Source of the DNA: Crocosphaera sp. | GTDB taxonomy: Bacteria > Cyanobacteriota > Cyanobacteriia > Cyanobacteriales > Microcystaceae | Assembly (NCBI RefSeq): GCF_030064895.1 | Contig: NZ_JASJEB010000061.1 | Coordinates: 9,084 to 41,083, forward strand | DNA: 32,000 nucleotides | Direction: 5' to 3' | Shown: positions 8,371-16,947 of the stretch, in pieces | Numbering within the stretch: position 1 is the stretch's first letter | How the letters are laid out: every line of letters begins with the position of its first letter | Made by a program: the position numbers and the translations under genes | The notes under the pieces: generated by a model | Database searches by the model: none | What the model saw: only the letters and a program-made list of their open reading frames with translations | What the model was told of the DNA's origin: nothing

Positions 8371-8721
8371 GGTTGACTTCCTCAGAGCAGGGTGACTTAA
8401 CTTTATTTATTTATAATTAACAAAGATGATTATAGAAAATCATCTATGATATTTAAGGGATTTGATTATAAAATCAAAAATAGGTTTGGCAAGATTGTAA
8501 CTCAAAGATTCATTTTAGTAAAAATTTTTTTTATTTGTGGTAACTTGATACACCTCACCGGAGAATACCCATTCAGTTTAAACTAGAACAGAAGGAAATT
8601 GCTTTTTCCGCAAAAGGTTCAAAAAGCTCACCTCGATCTATCATTGTAGCGACATTTTTAATTCTTGGTTAGCTTCCTTTAGTTTTTAGTTCAATTGTTC
8701 TTAAATACGGTTAGAATTGTT

Positions 8722-9753
8722 ATGGTTTCCGAACGTACTTTGCCTGAATTTAATACAGTATCGATTCAACTGACCAAAGCAGAAGGGTTAATGTTGTATG
8801 AAGATATGACCTTAGGACGCTTATTCGAGGATAAATGTGCTGAGATGTATTATCGGGGTCGAATGTTTGGCTTTGTCCATCTCTACAACGGACAGGAAGC
8901 GGTTTCTACTGGTATTATTAAAGCGTTACGCCCCGATGAAGACTATGTATCGAGTACCTATCGGGACCACGTTCATGCTCTTAGTTGTGGGGTTCCCCCT
9001 CGAGAAGTTATGGCCGAGTTATTTGGCAAAGAAACCGGTTGTAGTAAAGGCCGTGGGGGGTCGATGCACTTATTTTCGGAAAAACACCGTCTGTTAGGGG
9101 GTTATGCTTTTGTAGCTGAGGGTATTCCTGTGGCCACAGGTGCAGCCTTTCAAAGTAAGTATAGACGAGAAATGATGGGAGATAATACAGCCGATCAAGT
9201 GACGACCTGTTTCTTTGGAGATGGGGCCAGCAATAATGGTCAATTTTTTGAATGTTTGAATATGGCCGCTTTGTGGAAGTTACCAATTATTTATGTGGTG
9301 GAAAATAATAAATGGGCGATCGGGATGGCCCACGATCGCGCGACTTCCCAACAGGAAATTTACAAAAAAGCCAGTGTCTTTGATATGGTAGGGGTAGAAG
9401 TGGACGGCATGGATGTTCTGGCGGTGAGAAAAGTGGCCCAAGAGGCCATCGCCCGCGCCCGTGCTGGAGAAGGCCCAACTTTAATCGAAGCGTTAACCTA
9501 TCGTTTTCGAGGTCACTCCCTGGCCGATCCCGATGAACTGCGATCAACTGATGAAAAGCAGTTTTGGGGTAACAAAGATCCTATTCAACGTTTAGAAGCT
9601 TATTTAATTGAGCATAATTTAGCTAATCAAAGTGAGTTGGATGAAATTAAGCAAAAGGTTCAAGCATCTGTTGATGATGCCGTAAAATTTGCTGAAGAAA
9701 GTCCTGAACCCGATCCCAAGGAGTTATATCGTTACATTTTTGCTGAAAACTAG
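8722..9753 (+). CDS. pdhA: Pyruvate dehydrogenase E1 component alpha subunit
   Basis: The TPP-binding motif [36 protein letters not shown] and [12 protein letters not shown] are present. I prefer the ATG at 8722 ([10 protein letters not shown]...) to the upstream TTG at 8695 used in the ORF track. Confidence 0.9.
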   Translation: MVSERTLPEFNTVSIQLTKAEGLMLYEDMTLGRLFEDKCAEMYYRGRMFGFVHLYNGQEAVSTGIIKALRPDEDYVSSTYRDHVHALSCGVPPREVMAELFGKETGCSKGRGGSMHLFSEKHRLLGGYAFVAEGIPVATGAAFQSKYRREMMGDNTADQVTTCFFGDGASNNGQFFECLNMAALWKLPIIYVVENNKWAIGMAHDRATSQQEIYKKASVFDMVGVEVDGMDVLAVRKVAQEAIARARAGEGPTLIEALTYRFRGHSLADPDELRSTDEKQFWGNKDPIQRLEAYLIEHNLANQSELDEIKQKVQASVDDAVKFAEESPEPDPKELYRYIFAEN

Positions 9754-9760
9754 ATAGGGG

Positions 9761-9796
9761 GTGTGGGAAGTGTGGGAAGTGTGGGGAGTATGGGAA
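9761..9796 (+). repeat. 9-bp tandem repeat (GTGTGGGAA)x4, slightly degenerate, G-quadruplex-capable
   Basis: Read directly: gtgtgggaa gtgtgggaa gtgtgggga gtatgggaa. It starts 8 nt after the pdhA stop codon. Confidence 0.85.
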
Positions 9797-9952
9797 GAAT
9801 AGAAACATTTATATTTTGTGATATTTTGATCCTCTATCTCCCAGTATCCCCGTCCCCCAGTCTCACCATCTCCATCCCTATCTCAACAGATAATTTTGTT
9901 AATATGATTAGTTCTAAATTAATTAATACTTTATCTGGAAAATTGTTGATAA

Positions 9953-12433
9953 TTAAGTCAATATTTCTCCTCCCATTAACTTTTTATAACGACTTTCTAA
10001 TTCTTTTTTCAATGAGGGTAAACCCCCTAAATTTTTATCTGCTACAATGATTTTTTCTGCTGCTACTCTAGCTAATTCTAACACTTCTTGGTCTTCGACT
10101 AAACTAGCTAAAGCAAAGTCTGGTAAACCAGATTGACGAGTTCCTAAGACTGTTCCTGGTCCACGAAATCTTAAGTCCATTTCTGATATGAAAAAGCCAT
10201 CTTGGGACTGTTCTAGAACACTTAATCTTTGCTTAGCATCGGGTGTTTTACTACTACTCATCAATAGACAATAAGACTTATGAGAACCTCTTCCTACTCT
10301 ACCTCTTAATTGATGGAGTTGTGAAAGTCCGAACCGTTCTGCATTTTCGATTAACATTACGGTTGCATTGGGGACATCTACCCCTACTTCTATGACAGTT
10401 GTTGAGACAATAATCTGATATTCATTGTCTCGAAAAGCGGTCAAAACTTCATCTTTTTCTGCTGAAGTCATACGTCCGTGTAACAGTCCAATATTAAAGT
10501 CTGGGAACACTTTTTCTGAGAGTTTTTCATGTTCTTCTACGGCTGCTTTTACATCTAATTTTTCGGATTCTTCAATCATGGGAAAAATGATATAAACTTG
10601 TCTTCCTTGGGCGACTTCTCTGCGAATTAAATCATAAGCTTGGGTACGTTCTTTTCCTGTTAATGCTGTAGTTTGGATAGCTTGTCTTCCGGGGGGTAAT
10701 TCATCAATTTGACTAACATCTAAATCCCCGTGTAAGGTTAAAGCTAATGTGCGAGGAATAGGGGTTGCAGTCATAGTTAAAACATGGGGAGATTTACCTT
10801 TTGCTAATAGTTTTGCCCGTTGTTGTACTCCAAAGCGATGTTGTTCATCGATGACGACTAAGCCCAATTTTTGAAAGTTTACGGGGTCTTGAATTAAAGC
10901 ATGGGTTCCCACTAAAAGAGGTAATTCTGCTGTGATTAATTGACGATGTATTTCTTCTCTTTTGGCTTTTTTTGTAGAACCAGTTAACAGTTCTACGGGT
11001 AAATATAACTGATTAAACCAAGGTACTAATTTACGATAATGTTGTTCTGCTAATACTTCTGTTGGTGCCATTAATGCTGCTTGATACCCAGATTGTAATG
11101 CGGCTAAAATGGCAAAAACTGCGACAATTGTTTTTCCTGCGCCGACATCTCCTTGTACTAAGCGATTCATCGGCGTAACTGAGTTTAAGTCTTCTAAAAT
11201 TTCATTGATAACTCGTTGTTGAGCGTTGGTTAAACTAAAGGGTAATATCTTATTAAACTGCTCAATTAATTTACCTTGAGGGGTAAAGACTGCACTATTA
11301 TGGATCTGTTTTTGTTCTTGACGACGTTGCAAAAATCCTAATTGTAAATAAAAGAATTCATCAAATACTAACCTGCGTCTTGCATGAGCTAATAATTCGG
11401 GATTTTCAGGAAAATGAATGTTATTAATAGCTTCTTTTAATCCCATTAATCCATATTCTTCTCTCAATATTCTGGGTAGGGGATCTCTAATTTGTTTAAT
11501 TGCTTCTAAACTAGCAATAATTACTTTACGAATTAAATCAGCACCAACCCCTTCAGTTAAGGGATATACTGGTAAAACTCGACCAATTTTTAGGGAATCA
11601 ATACTCGACCCTAAGCTATCTAAAACTTCAATTTCTGGATTTTCTAATGTTACTCCATAGCGGTTTTGTTTCACTAATCCTGATGCTGCTACCACTGCAC
11701 CCATAGGATACAATCTTTTTTGTCTTTCTTGCCATCCCCTATTAGTAAATCTAGCACCAGCAAAAAAACGATTTAGTTTAATTTGTCCGGTATTATCTTT
11801 TAATATTAATTCAAAAATGCTCAATTTTTTGTTTTTGGGACTGGTAAAACAATTACAGCGTTTCACTGTTCCTATTATGGTCACTGTTTCCCCGGCTACT
11901 AGATGACAAATAGAGACTTGACGCGCATAATCAATATGATCACGGGGATAATAAAATAAAATATCTTTAACTGTATATAAACCCAATTTTTTTAATAAGT
12001 CTCCTCTGGAATAACCTACTTCTGCTAAGGTGCTTAAAGACTGATCTAAAGTAATAGGACGAAGTGACGATGTTTTATCCTTAATAGCTTTGGTTTTTGG
12101 TAACTTTGGGGATGGGGGTTCCGTTGGGGTTTCTAAGGTTTTTCTCAGTGAATATAAAAATTGACGGGTTTGGCTAATTAGGGTCTTTCTTTGTGCAACA
12201 GTTAGGTTGGAATAATTAGCGTATTGTGTAGCGAAATCTTGCCAACGACGGCGATCGCTAATAGGAGTCCCACTGGGAGGACTTTGACCAAAACTAAAGC
12301 ACAAAAATTCATTAAATTGATATTGATTACCCTGTAAATTGGTAAACCCTCTTTCAGCTTCAATAGAAAGAGCTTTATCTAAACGTATCCAGTCGGGGTT
12401 TTCTGATGCCATGGTCATGGATGAAGTGAACAC
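9953..12433 (-). CDS. recG: ATP-dependent DNA helicase RecG (with the long cyanobacterial N-terminal extension)
   Basis: 826 aa. Walker A GDVGAGKT, DEQHRFG, the TATPIPRTL motif and QLRGRVGRG are present. The exact start is uncertain because several Met codons occur near the N-terminus. Confidence 0.9.
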   Translation of the reverse strand: MFTSSMTMASENPDWIRLDKALSIEAERGFTNLQGNQYQFNEFLCFSFGQSPPSGTPISDRRRWQDFATQYANYSNLTVAQRKTLISQTRQFLYSLRKTLETPTEPPSPKLPKTKAIKDKTSSLRPITLDQSLSTLAEVGYSRGDLLKKLGLYTVKDILFYYPRDHIDYARQVSICHLVAGETVTIIGTVKRCNCFTSPKNKKLSIFELILKDNTGQIKLNRFFAGARFTNRGWQERQKRLYPMGAVVAASGLVKQNRYGVTLENPEIEVLDSLGSSIDSLKIGRVLPVYPLTEGVGADLIRKVIIASLEAIKQIRDPLPRILREEYGLMGLKEAINNIHFPENPELLAHARRRLVFDEFFYLQLGFLQRRQEQKQIHNSAVFTPQGKLIEQFNKILPFSLTNAQQRVINEILEDLNSVTPMNRLVQGDVGAGKTIVAVFAILAALQSGYQAALMAPTEVLAEQHYRKLVPWFNQLYLPVELLTGSTKKAKREEIHRQLITAELPLLVGTHALIQDPVNFQKLGLVVIDEQHRFGVQQRAKLLAKGKSPHVLTMTATPIPRTLALTLHGDLDVSQIDELPPGRQAIQTTALTGKERTQAYDLIRREVAQGRQVYIIFPMIEESEKLDVKAAVEEHEKLSEKVFPDFNIGLLHGRMTSAEKDEVLTAFRDNEYQIIVSTTVIEVGVDVPNATVMLIENAERFGLSQLHQLRGRVGRGSHKSYCLLMSSSKTPDAKQRLSVLEQSQDGFFISEMDLRFRGPGTVLGTRQSGLPDFALASLVEDQEVLELARVAAEKIIVADKNLGGLPSLKKELESRYKKLMGGEILT

Positions 12434-12516
12434 CTAGAATTTTTATTGTGCCACAAATAGGAAATAATGAGCCAATACTATAGAGAGTTTTTCCAAAAAT
12501 TTTCTTTTAGGAAAAA

Positions 12517-12538
12517 TTTCTAATTTGCAAATTAGAAA
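12517..12538. promoter_or_regulatory. 22-bp perfect palindrome TTTCTAATTTG|CAAATTAGAAA in the recG / ORF12629 divergent intergenic region
   Basis: Checked base by base: 11 of 11 complementary pairs around the 12527|12528 centre. Confidence 0.35.
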
Positions 12539-12628
12539 ATAATAATAGTCTATTAATTTTTACTGATTATTGATCACTTAGTTGAAAATTTGCTAAAACT
12601 AACATTGATAATAACTAAAAGACCTTCA

Positions 12629-13129
12629 ATGAATAATGTAATTTTGATGAGATGTCAAACACTTATAATGGCAGGAATGGTGTCAATCATAGCTATATTA
12701 AGTCCTCCTGCCCTTTCCCAAAAAAAAGAAGAAGAATCAATTTTAATCGAATCAACTATTACTGAGGATGTTGACCCATTAGAAGCAGTGACGGTGGAAG
12801 ACCTTAAGATCCCAGTGGATCAACTAGAATTATTGGTGAAACCATTGAGCCTTGAAGAGCTACAAACAGAGGCCGCTGCTTGGTTCCTGCTGCTCAAAGA
12901 TAAAGCTGTAGAAATTAGTACAGCAGAAATTGCGATTAAGCGAGAAAATCAAATTATTAAAGAGGGAGAAGAGGCAGATAAAGCAGTTAGCAAAGCGAAA
13001 GAAGAACTGTCTAAAGCTGAGTCAGCTTTGAATGAAACTACCTCTGGTACGCCAAGCTTCCACAAAACCATCTATCCATCTCCCTGTCAAAGTTTTCACC
13101 TTTTTAGAATACCTTTAGAATCTCCATAA
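12629..13129 (+). CDS. Hypothetical exported coiled-coil protein; possibly an N-terminal fragment of a larger (MscS/MscK-like) gene
   Basis: A signal-peptide-like MRCQTLIMAGMVSIIAILSPPALSQ is followed by an acidic then coiled-coil segment. The last ~25 aa (PSFHKTIYPSPCQSFHLFRIPLESP) look non-native. About 270 nt of non-coding DNA follow. The start is ambiguous (TTG 12590, ATG 12629 or ATG 12647). Confidence 0.4.
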   Translation: MNNVILMRCQTLIMAGMVSIIAILSPPALSQKKEEESILIESTITEDVDPLEAVTVEDLKIPVDQLELLVKPLSLEELQTEAAAWFLLLKDKAVEISTAEIAIKRENQIIKEGEEADKAVSKAKEELSKAESALNETTSGTPSFHKTIYPSPCQSFHLFRIPLESP

Positions 13130-13404
13130 ATTTATTGCAAGGAGATGTCAAAAATTAGATATGAATACGCATAATTAGATAAAATACTTTACAAAATAAT
13201 GTGAGTAAAACTCAATAACAAATAAGTTTTTTAACAAATGGTACTGGGTGACACTAATCTTGTTTTCTGGGGAGTAGAATGAGATATATGAACACTTTTA
13301 TCCTCTTGTCTTAACGAAGATAAGCATCTGAGTTGCTATTAATCAAGCCGTACGATTTGCTGCCTTCTAGTGAATTACCATCTTTGAGTGTGTCTAACCC
13401 CATT

Positions 13405-14292
13405 ATGAATATTAGTCACTTACTACGACAATATGAACAAGGCCGCCGAGACTTCCCAGAACTTAATTTAGCTGGGGTTGATTTATCTAAAGTCATGTTG
13501 ATTTCTGTTAATTTAACCAAATCAAACTTAATGGGAATTAACTTTAGTCGTGGATTTCTTACTAAATCTAATTTAAGCCAAGCTAGTTTGAATTGGAGTG
13601 ATTTAACCTACGCTAAAATGAGTGAATCTCAATTGATTGACACAGATTTGACTAAAGCTAATTTAACCGGGGCGTTTATGGTTAAATCTATTTTAAAGTC
13701 GGCTAAGTTAAGTGGGGCTAATTTATCTTATAGCAATTTTCGGGCTGCTAATTTATCTTATGCTAATTGTTGTGGGGCTAATCTTCACCAAATTAACCTG
13801 AGAGAAGCCAATCTAACAGGGGTTAATTTTAATTGGGCAAATCTATCTAAAGCCCGTCTTAGTTGTACTATCTTACAAAAGGCATCATTTTTTGGCAGCA
13901 ATTTAAGCTCTGCATTTATTAAAGAGGCCGATCTAAGACATACAAACTTAGAACAAGTTAATTTTCAAAATTCGCGCCTTAGCTATAGTAACCTAGAAGG
14001 GGCAAATCTTCAAGGGGCAAATCTTCAAGGGGCTAAATTGCGTTATATTAATTTGCGTGAGGCTAATTTACAAGGGGCAAATTTAAGGGATACGGATTTA
14101 GAAGGGGCTGATTTAACGAACGCGATTGTTGAAAATGCTGATTTTACCAATGCAAGATTTAGCGAAACTAGAGTAATTGGAACTTACTTAAAACACAACA
14201 CCATTACAGAAAATTTATCAGAATTACAACTTAAAAAAAATCCAAACTATGCAGTATCTTTTGAACTTTTATCAAGAGGTTTTGCTGTTTAA
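13405..14292 (+). CDS. Pentapeptide-repeat protein
   Basis: About 45 consecutive A(D/N)LxX pentapeptides are present (ANLTGAFM, ANLSYSNF, ANLQGANLQGAKL...). I prefer the ATG at 13405 (MNISHLLRQYEQGRRDF) to the TTG at 13333. Confidence 0.85.
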   Translation: MNISHLLRQYEQGRRDFPELNLAGVDLSKVMLISVNLTKSNLMGINFSRGFLTKSNLSQASLNWSDLTYAKMSESQLIDTDLTKANLTGAFMVKSILKSAKLSGANLSYSNFRAANLSYANCCGANLHQINLREANLTGVNFNWANLSKARLSCTILQKASFFGSNLSSAFIKEADLRHTNLEQVNFQNSRLSYSNLEGANLQGANLQGAKLRYINLREANLQGANLRDTDLEGADLTNAIVENADFTNARFSETRVIGTYLKHNTITENLSELQLKKNPNYAVSFELLSRGFAV

Positions 14293-14297
14293 TAAGA

Positions 14298-14320
14298 CCC
14301 CACCGTTAACGGTGAGGTTT
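14298..14320 (+). terminator. Hairpin CCCCACCG-TTAA-CGGTGAGG followed by TTT, between convergent genes
   Basis: Read directly. The 8-bp stem has one mismatch. It lies 6 nt after the pentapeptide gene stop. Confidence 0.45.
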
Positions 14321-14393
14321 AAATAAGAGGGGCAAATCAAATTATGTTATTGGTTTGTTATGGTATTTTATGTCGATTTGCCTTCTCCATGTC

Positions 14394-15491
14394 TTATTTA
14401 CTTTTTTGTTGATTTTTAGCTTGTTCCATAGCTATTTCTTTCATCGCTTCAAAGGAATTTCGATTAGAGGTTCCCTCAATAGCTTTCACAGCTAAATCTT
14501 GTACTTGTTTCAAGGATGCTTCTAATTGTTGAGAGAGACTTTGTTGACGAGTTTCTTGATTTTGTATGGTTTCTTCTAAGGCAGCAATTCTTAATTCATA
14601 ATTCTGTTTTTCTCCTTCTATTTCTTTGGTTCTTAAGTCTGATTTTATTTTAGCTTGATAGTTTCCTATACCTTTACCTTCTTCTTTACCTTGTTTTATT
14701 TTTTGTTCTAATTCTTCTTCTAATTTTTTCACTTTATCTTTTGCTTCTTCTTGTTTTTTCTCTTGTTCAATAATACTATCTTCTCTTTCTTTCCATTGTT
14801 TTTCCTGGGTTTCTTTACTCTCTTTTAATTCTTGATATAAGTTTTGTTTTTCGGCTTCATATTCTTCTTTATTTATTTGTCTTTCGAGTTCTAAGTTATA
14901 AATATATTGTTCTTCATCTCGTTTTTTATTGGTCAAATATTCCTGATCTCGTTCTCGAATTTCTCGGTTACGATTTAGTTTTTCTTTATGCCAATTTTTT
15001 CGTAAGTCTTCTATTTCCTTCGTTAAAATTTCCTGTTGTTTATTAAACTCTTCTTCATTGGTTTTTGCTGTAGTTTGATATTCTTCTACTAAGCGAGATA
15101 AAGTTTCATTTTCAATGGTTTCTATTTGATGTAATTCTGCTAATTCTGCTAACTCTTCTGTGGAAAATTTATTGAGTTCTGCTAATAAGTCAGCTTCTGT
15201 CATTAATTGTTCCGATAAATGACTAACTGCACTACCAAAATTACTTTGTAATTTCTCTAAGTTTTCAATGGTTAAAGTAATATTATTATTAGGGATTTCG
15301 GTTTGAGTTTTCATTATCTTTTTCTGAGAGGAGTTATCGGGTTTATTATCTTGAGAAACTGTTGATTTGACTGTAGACTTTTGTGTTTGTTGTTTTACTT
15401 GTTTTTCTAATGCTGATTTTTCTTGCATTAGTTCGTCATAAGCTTCCAATATTTGTGCTTTTGTACTTTTAGAGTTGATTTTTTGAGCCAT
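14394..15491 (-). CDS. Coiled-coil-rich protein (365 aa), function unknown; paralogue of the upstream gene
   Basis: Long E/K/Q-rich heptad-type sequence with no TM segment and no enzymatic motif. It shares N-terminal (KAQILEAYDEL vs KEQILSNFNQFL), central (YNLELERQINKEEYEAEK vs YEIQLLRKVENDEYEEKK) and C-terminal (YELRIAALEETIQNQ...LAVKAIEG vs YELKIQSLETKINQN...LALRAFQG) blocks with the neighbouring gene. Confidence 0.7.
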   Translation of the reverse strand: MAQKINSKSTKAQILEAYDELMQEKSALEKQVKQQTQKSTVKSTVSQDNKPDNSSQKKIMKTQTEIPNNNITLTIENLEKLQSNFGSAVSHLSEQLMTEADLLAELNKFSTEELAELAELHQIETIENETLSRLVEEYQTTAKTNEEEFNKQQEILTKEIEDLRKNWHKEKLNRNREIRERDQEYLTNKKRDEEQYIYNLELERQINKEEYEAEKQNLYQELKESKETQEKQWKEREDSIIEQEKKQEEAKDKVKKLEEELEQKIKQGKEEGKGIGNYQAKIKSDLRTKEIEGEKQNYELRIAALEETIQNQETRQQSLSQQLEASLKQVQDLAVKAIEGTSNRNSFEAMKEIAMEQAKNQQKSK

Positions 15492-15522
15492 GATTTTTAC
15501 CTCTTAATTAGTGAAATTATCT

Positions 15523-16500
15523 TTAGTTATTGCCTTGAAATGCCCGTAAAGCCAAGTTTTGTGATTGCTCTGTTGTATTTTGTAACTGGGTAGTTAACTC
15601 GGTAATTTGTTCATTATTTTGGTTTATTTTTGTTTCTAAGGATTGGATTTTTAATTCATATCCTTGTTTGCTTAATTCCCACTCTTTTTCAATTAAGTTA
15701 ATTTTAACTTGAGCATCTCTATCAGCTGTTTTAATGGCTTCTCCTTTGGCTTTATTGTATTCTTCTTTAACTTTTTCCTCTAATTGAGTAATTTTTTGCT
15801 CATTTTCTGTAAATTCTGTAGCTTGTTGATTTAAGACATTTTCTCGCTCGTTCCAAGCTTTTTCTTTTGCCGTATTCAACAGTTGTAATTCTCTTTCTTG
15901 TTTACGTTTTTTTTCCTCATATTCATCATTTTCAACTTTTCTTAGTAGTTGAATTTCATATTGATGATTAGCTATTTCTTGTTCCCGTTGTTTATTGATT
16001 AATTCAGCTTCCTCTTCTATTCTAGTTGTAACTTCTTGGTTCTCTTTTTCCCAAATAGCTCTAGTTTTTTCTTGTTCTTTTTCTATGGTTTCTTTTTGCT
16101 GATTACTGTCTTCTCGTAATCGTCTCAATTTTTCTTGATGTTCTTGTCTTAGAATATAAAGAGAATCCGCTACTAATCTAACTTGACGTAATTTTTGAAG
16201 TTCTTCTTGTTTAACTGTAATAGCTTTTTTTAGTTCATCTAATTTGGTAGATTCTGTTGTTAAATTATCGGATAAATTTTGAATGATTTGGCCAAAATCT
16301 AGTTGCAAAGAAGCCATACTATTAACAATATTGTTAACTGTATATTCCCCTGCTTTGTCTAGTAATTGCTGATTTTTTTCCTTTTCTAATTCCTCCTCTT
16401 TGGTAATAATACTCGATTCTTGTTGATTATATTTGTCTAAAAATTGATTGAAATTAGACAAAATTTGCTCTTTAGTCTCTGGAAATGTCTCTTGTGTCAT
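15523..16500 (-). CDS. Coiled-coil-rich protein (~325 aa), function unknown; paralogue of 14394..15491
   Basis: Same evidence as its paralogue. I prefer the start at ATG 16500-16498 (MTQETFPETKEQIL...). The 27 extra N-terminal residues in the ORF track run through a heptamer tandem repeat and look non-coding. Confidence 0.7.
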   Translation of the reverse strand: MTQETFPETKEQILSNFNQFLDKYNQQESSIITKEEELEKEKNQQLLDKAGEYTVNNIVNSMASLQLDFGQIIQNLSDNLTTESTKLDELKKAITVKQEELQKLRQVRLVADSLYILRQEHQEKLRRLREDSNQQKETIEKEQEKTRAIWEKENQEVTTRIEEEAELINKQREQEIANHQYEIQLLRKVENDEYEEKKRKQERELQLLNTAKEKAWNERENVLNQQATEFTENEQKITQLEEKVKEEYNKAKGEAIKTADRDAQVKINLIEKEWELSKQGYELKIQSLETKINQNNEQITELTTQLQNTTEQSQNLALRAFQGNN

Positions 16501-16584
16501 AATCTTAATTTTCTTCGATAAAAGTGCTGAAAAGTTGAGCAACCCATAGCAAAAGTTGACCAAACATTGAACATTGAACATTTT

Positions 16585-16638
16585 GGTTTCAAGCCTCTCC
16601 CTAAAGGGAGAAAGAAGTTTGGGAGAGGTTTCAAGCCT
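16585..16638. repeat. Small structured repeat: direct repeat GGTTTCAAGCCT (x2) flanking alternative CTCTCCC/GGGAGAG hairpins
   Basis: The direct repeat copies lie at 16585-16596 and 16627-16638. The local hairpin is TCTCCC-TAAA-GGGAGA (16596-16611). The alternative pairing is CCTCTCCC (16594-16601) with GGGAGAGG (16621-16628). Confidence 0.6.
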
Positions 16639-16947
16639 ACTTCCAAACGAATGATAAATGATAAATGAAATGACCCACTTTGTCTTGCTTAAATGTTGAT
16701 TTTTTAGTCAACATTCATATAATACTTATGTATTATATAGAAGTCAAGTGCGATTAAAAAAAATTTACCATCTAGAAACTGTCCGTGATAGTTAAAATAC
16801 GCACAAAGAACGGGAACACACTGAAAGTATGCCCATTTTGTTAACAAGAATCACAGTAAATACCAAATTTTTTGAAAAAATGGTAACATAGCCTTCTAGA
16901 CTCTAAAAAGCAGTCTCCTGATGTTAGAATATGAACGCTATAATTGG

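Noticed and set aside
8424-8478. Two short palindromes (AGATGATT-N6-AATCATCT at 8424-8445; TTTGATT-ATAA-AATCAAA at 8461-8478) in the ftn2/pdhA divergent region
   Set aside because: The arms of 7-8 bp are composed almost entirely of A/T in a >75% A+T spacer, so they are plausibly chance. I cannot tie them to a known box.
8837-9547. Three ORFs (8837..9097 +, 9008..9286 -, 9287..9547 -) overlapping pdhA
   Set aside because: All are alternative-frame or antisense readings of a strongly conserved, relatively G+C-rich pdhA gene. No motifs are present.
9763-10050. 95-aa ORF starting in the nonamer repeat (MGSVGSVGSMG...)
   Set aside because: The N-terminus is just the translated tandem repeat, the middle is the translated C-rich STRR-like tract, and the 3' end overlaps the recG C-terminus antisense. 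It is non-coding.
11418-11660. 80-aa ORF antisense to recG
   Set aside because: It lies inside recG and shows no independent signals.
13997-14040. Perfect 15-bp tandem duplication (AAGGGGCAAATCTTC x2, plus a diverged third copy) in the pentapeptide gene
   Set aside because: It is in-frame and encodes GANLQ-GANLQ-GAKL. This is the expected unit expansion in pentapeptide-repeat genes, not a separate element.
16501-16581. N-terminal 27-aa extension (MFNVQCLVNFCYGLLNFSALLSKKIKI) of the second coiled-coil ORF
   Set aside because: The extension begins inside the (AACATTG)n tandem repeat and is hydrophobic or Cys-rich, unlike the rest of the protein. The paralogue aligns from MTQETF..., so I moved the start to 16500.
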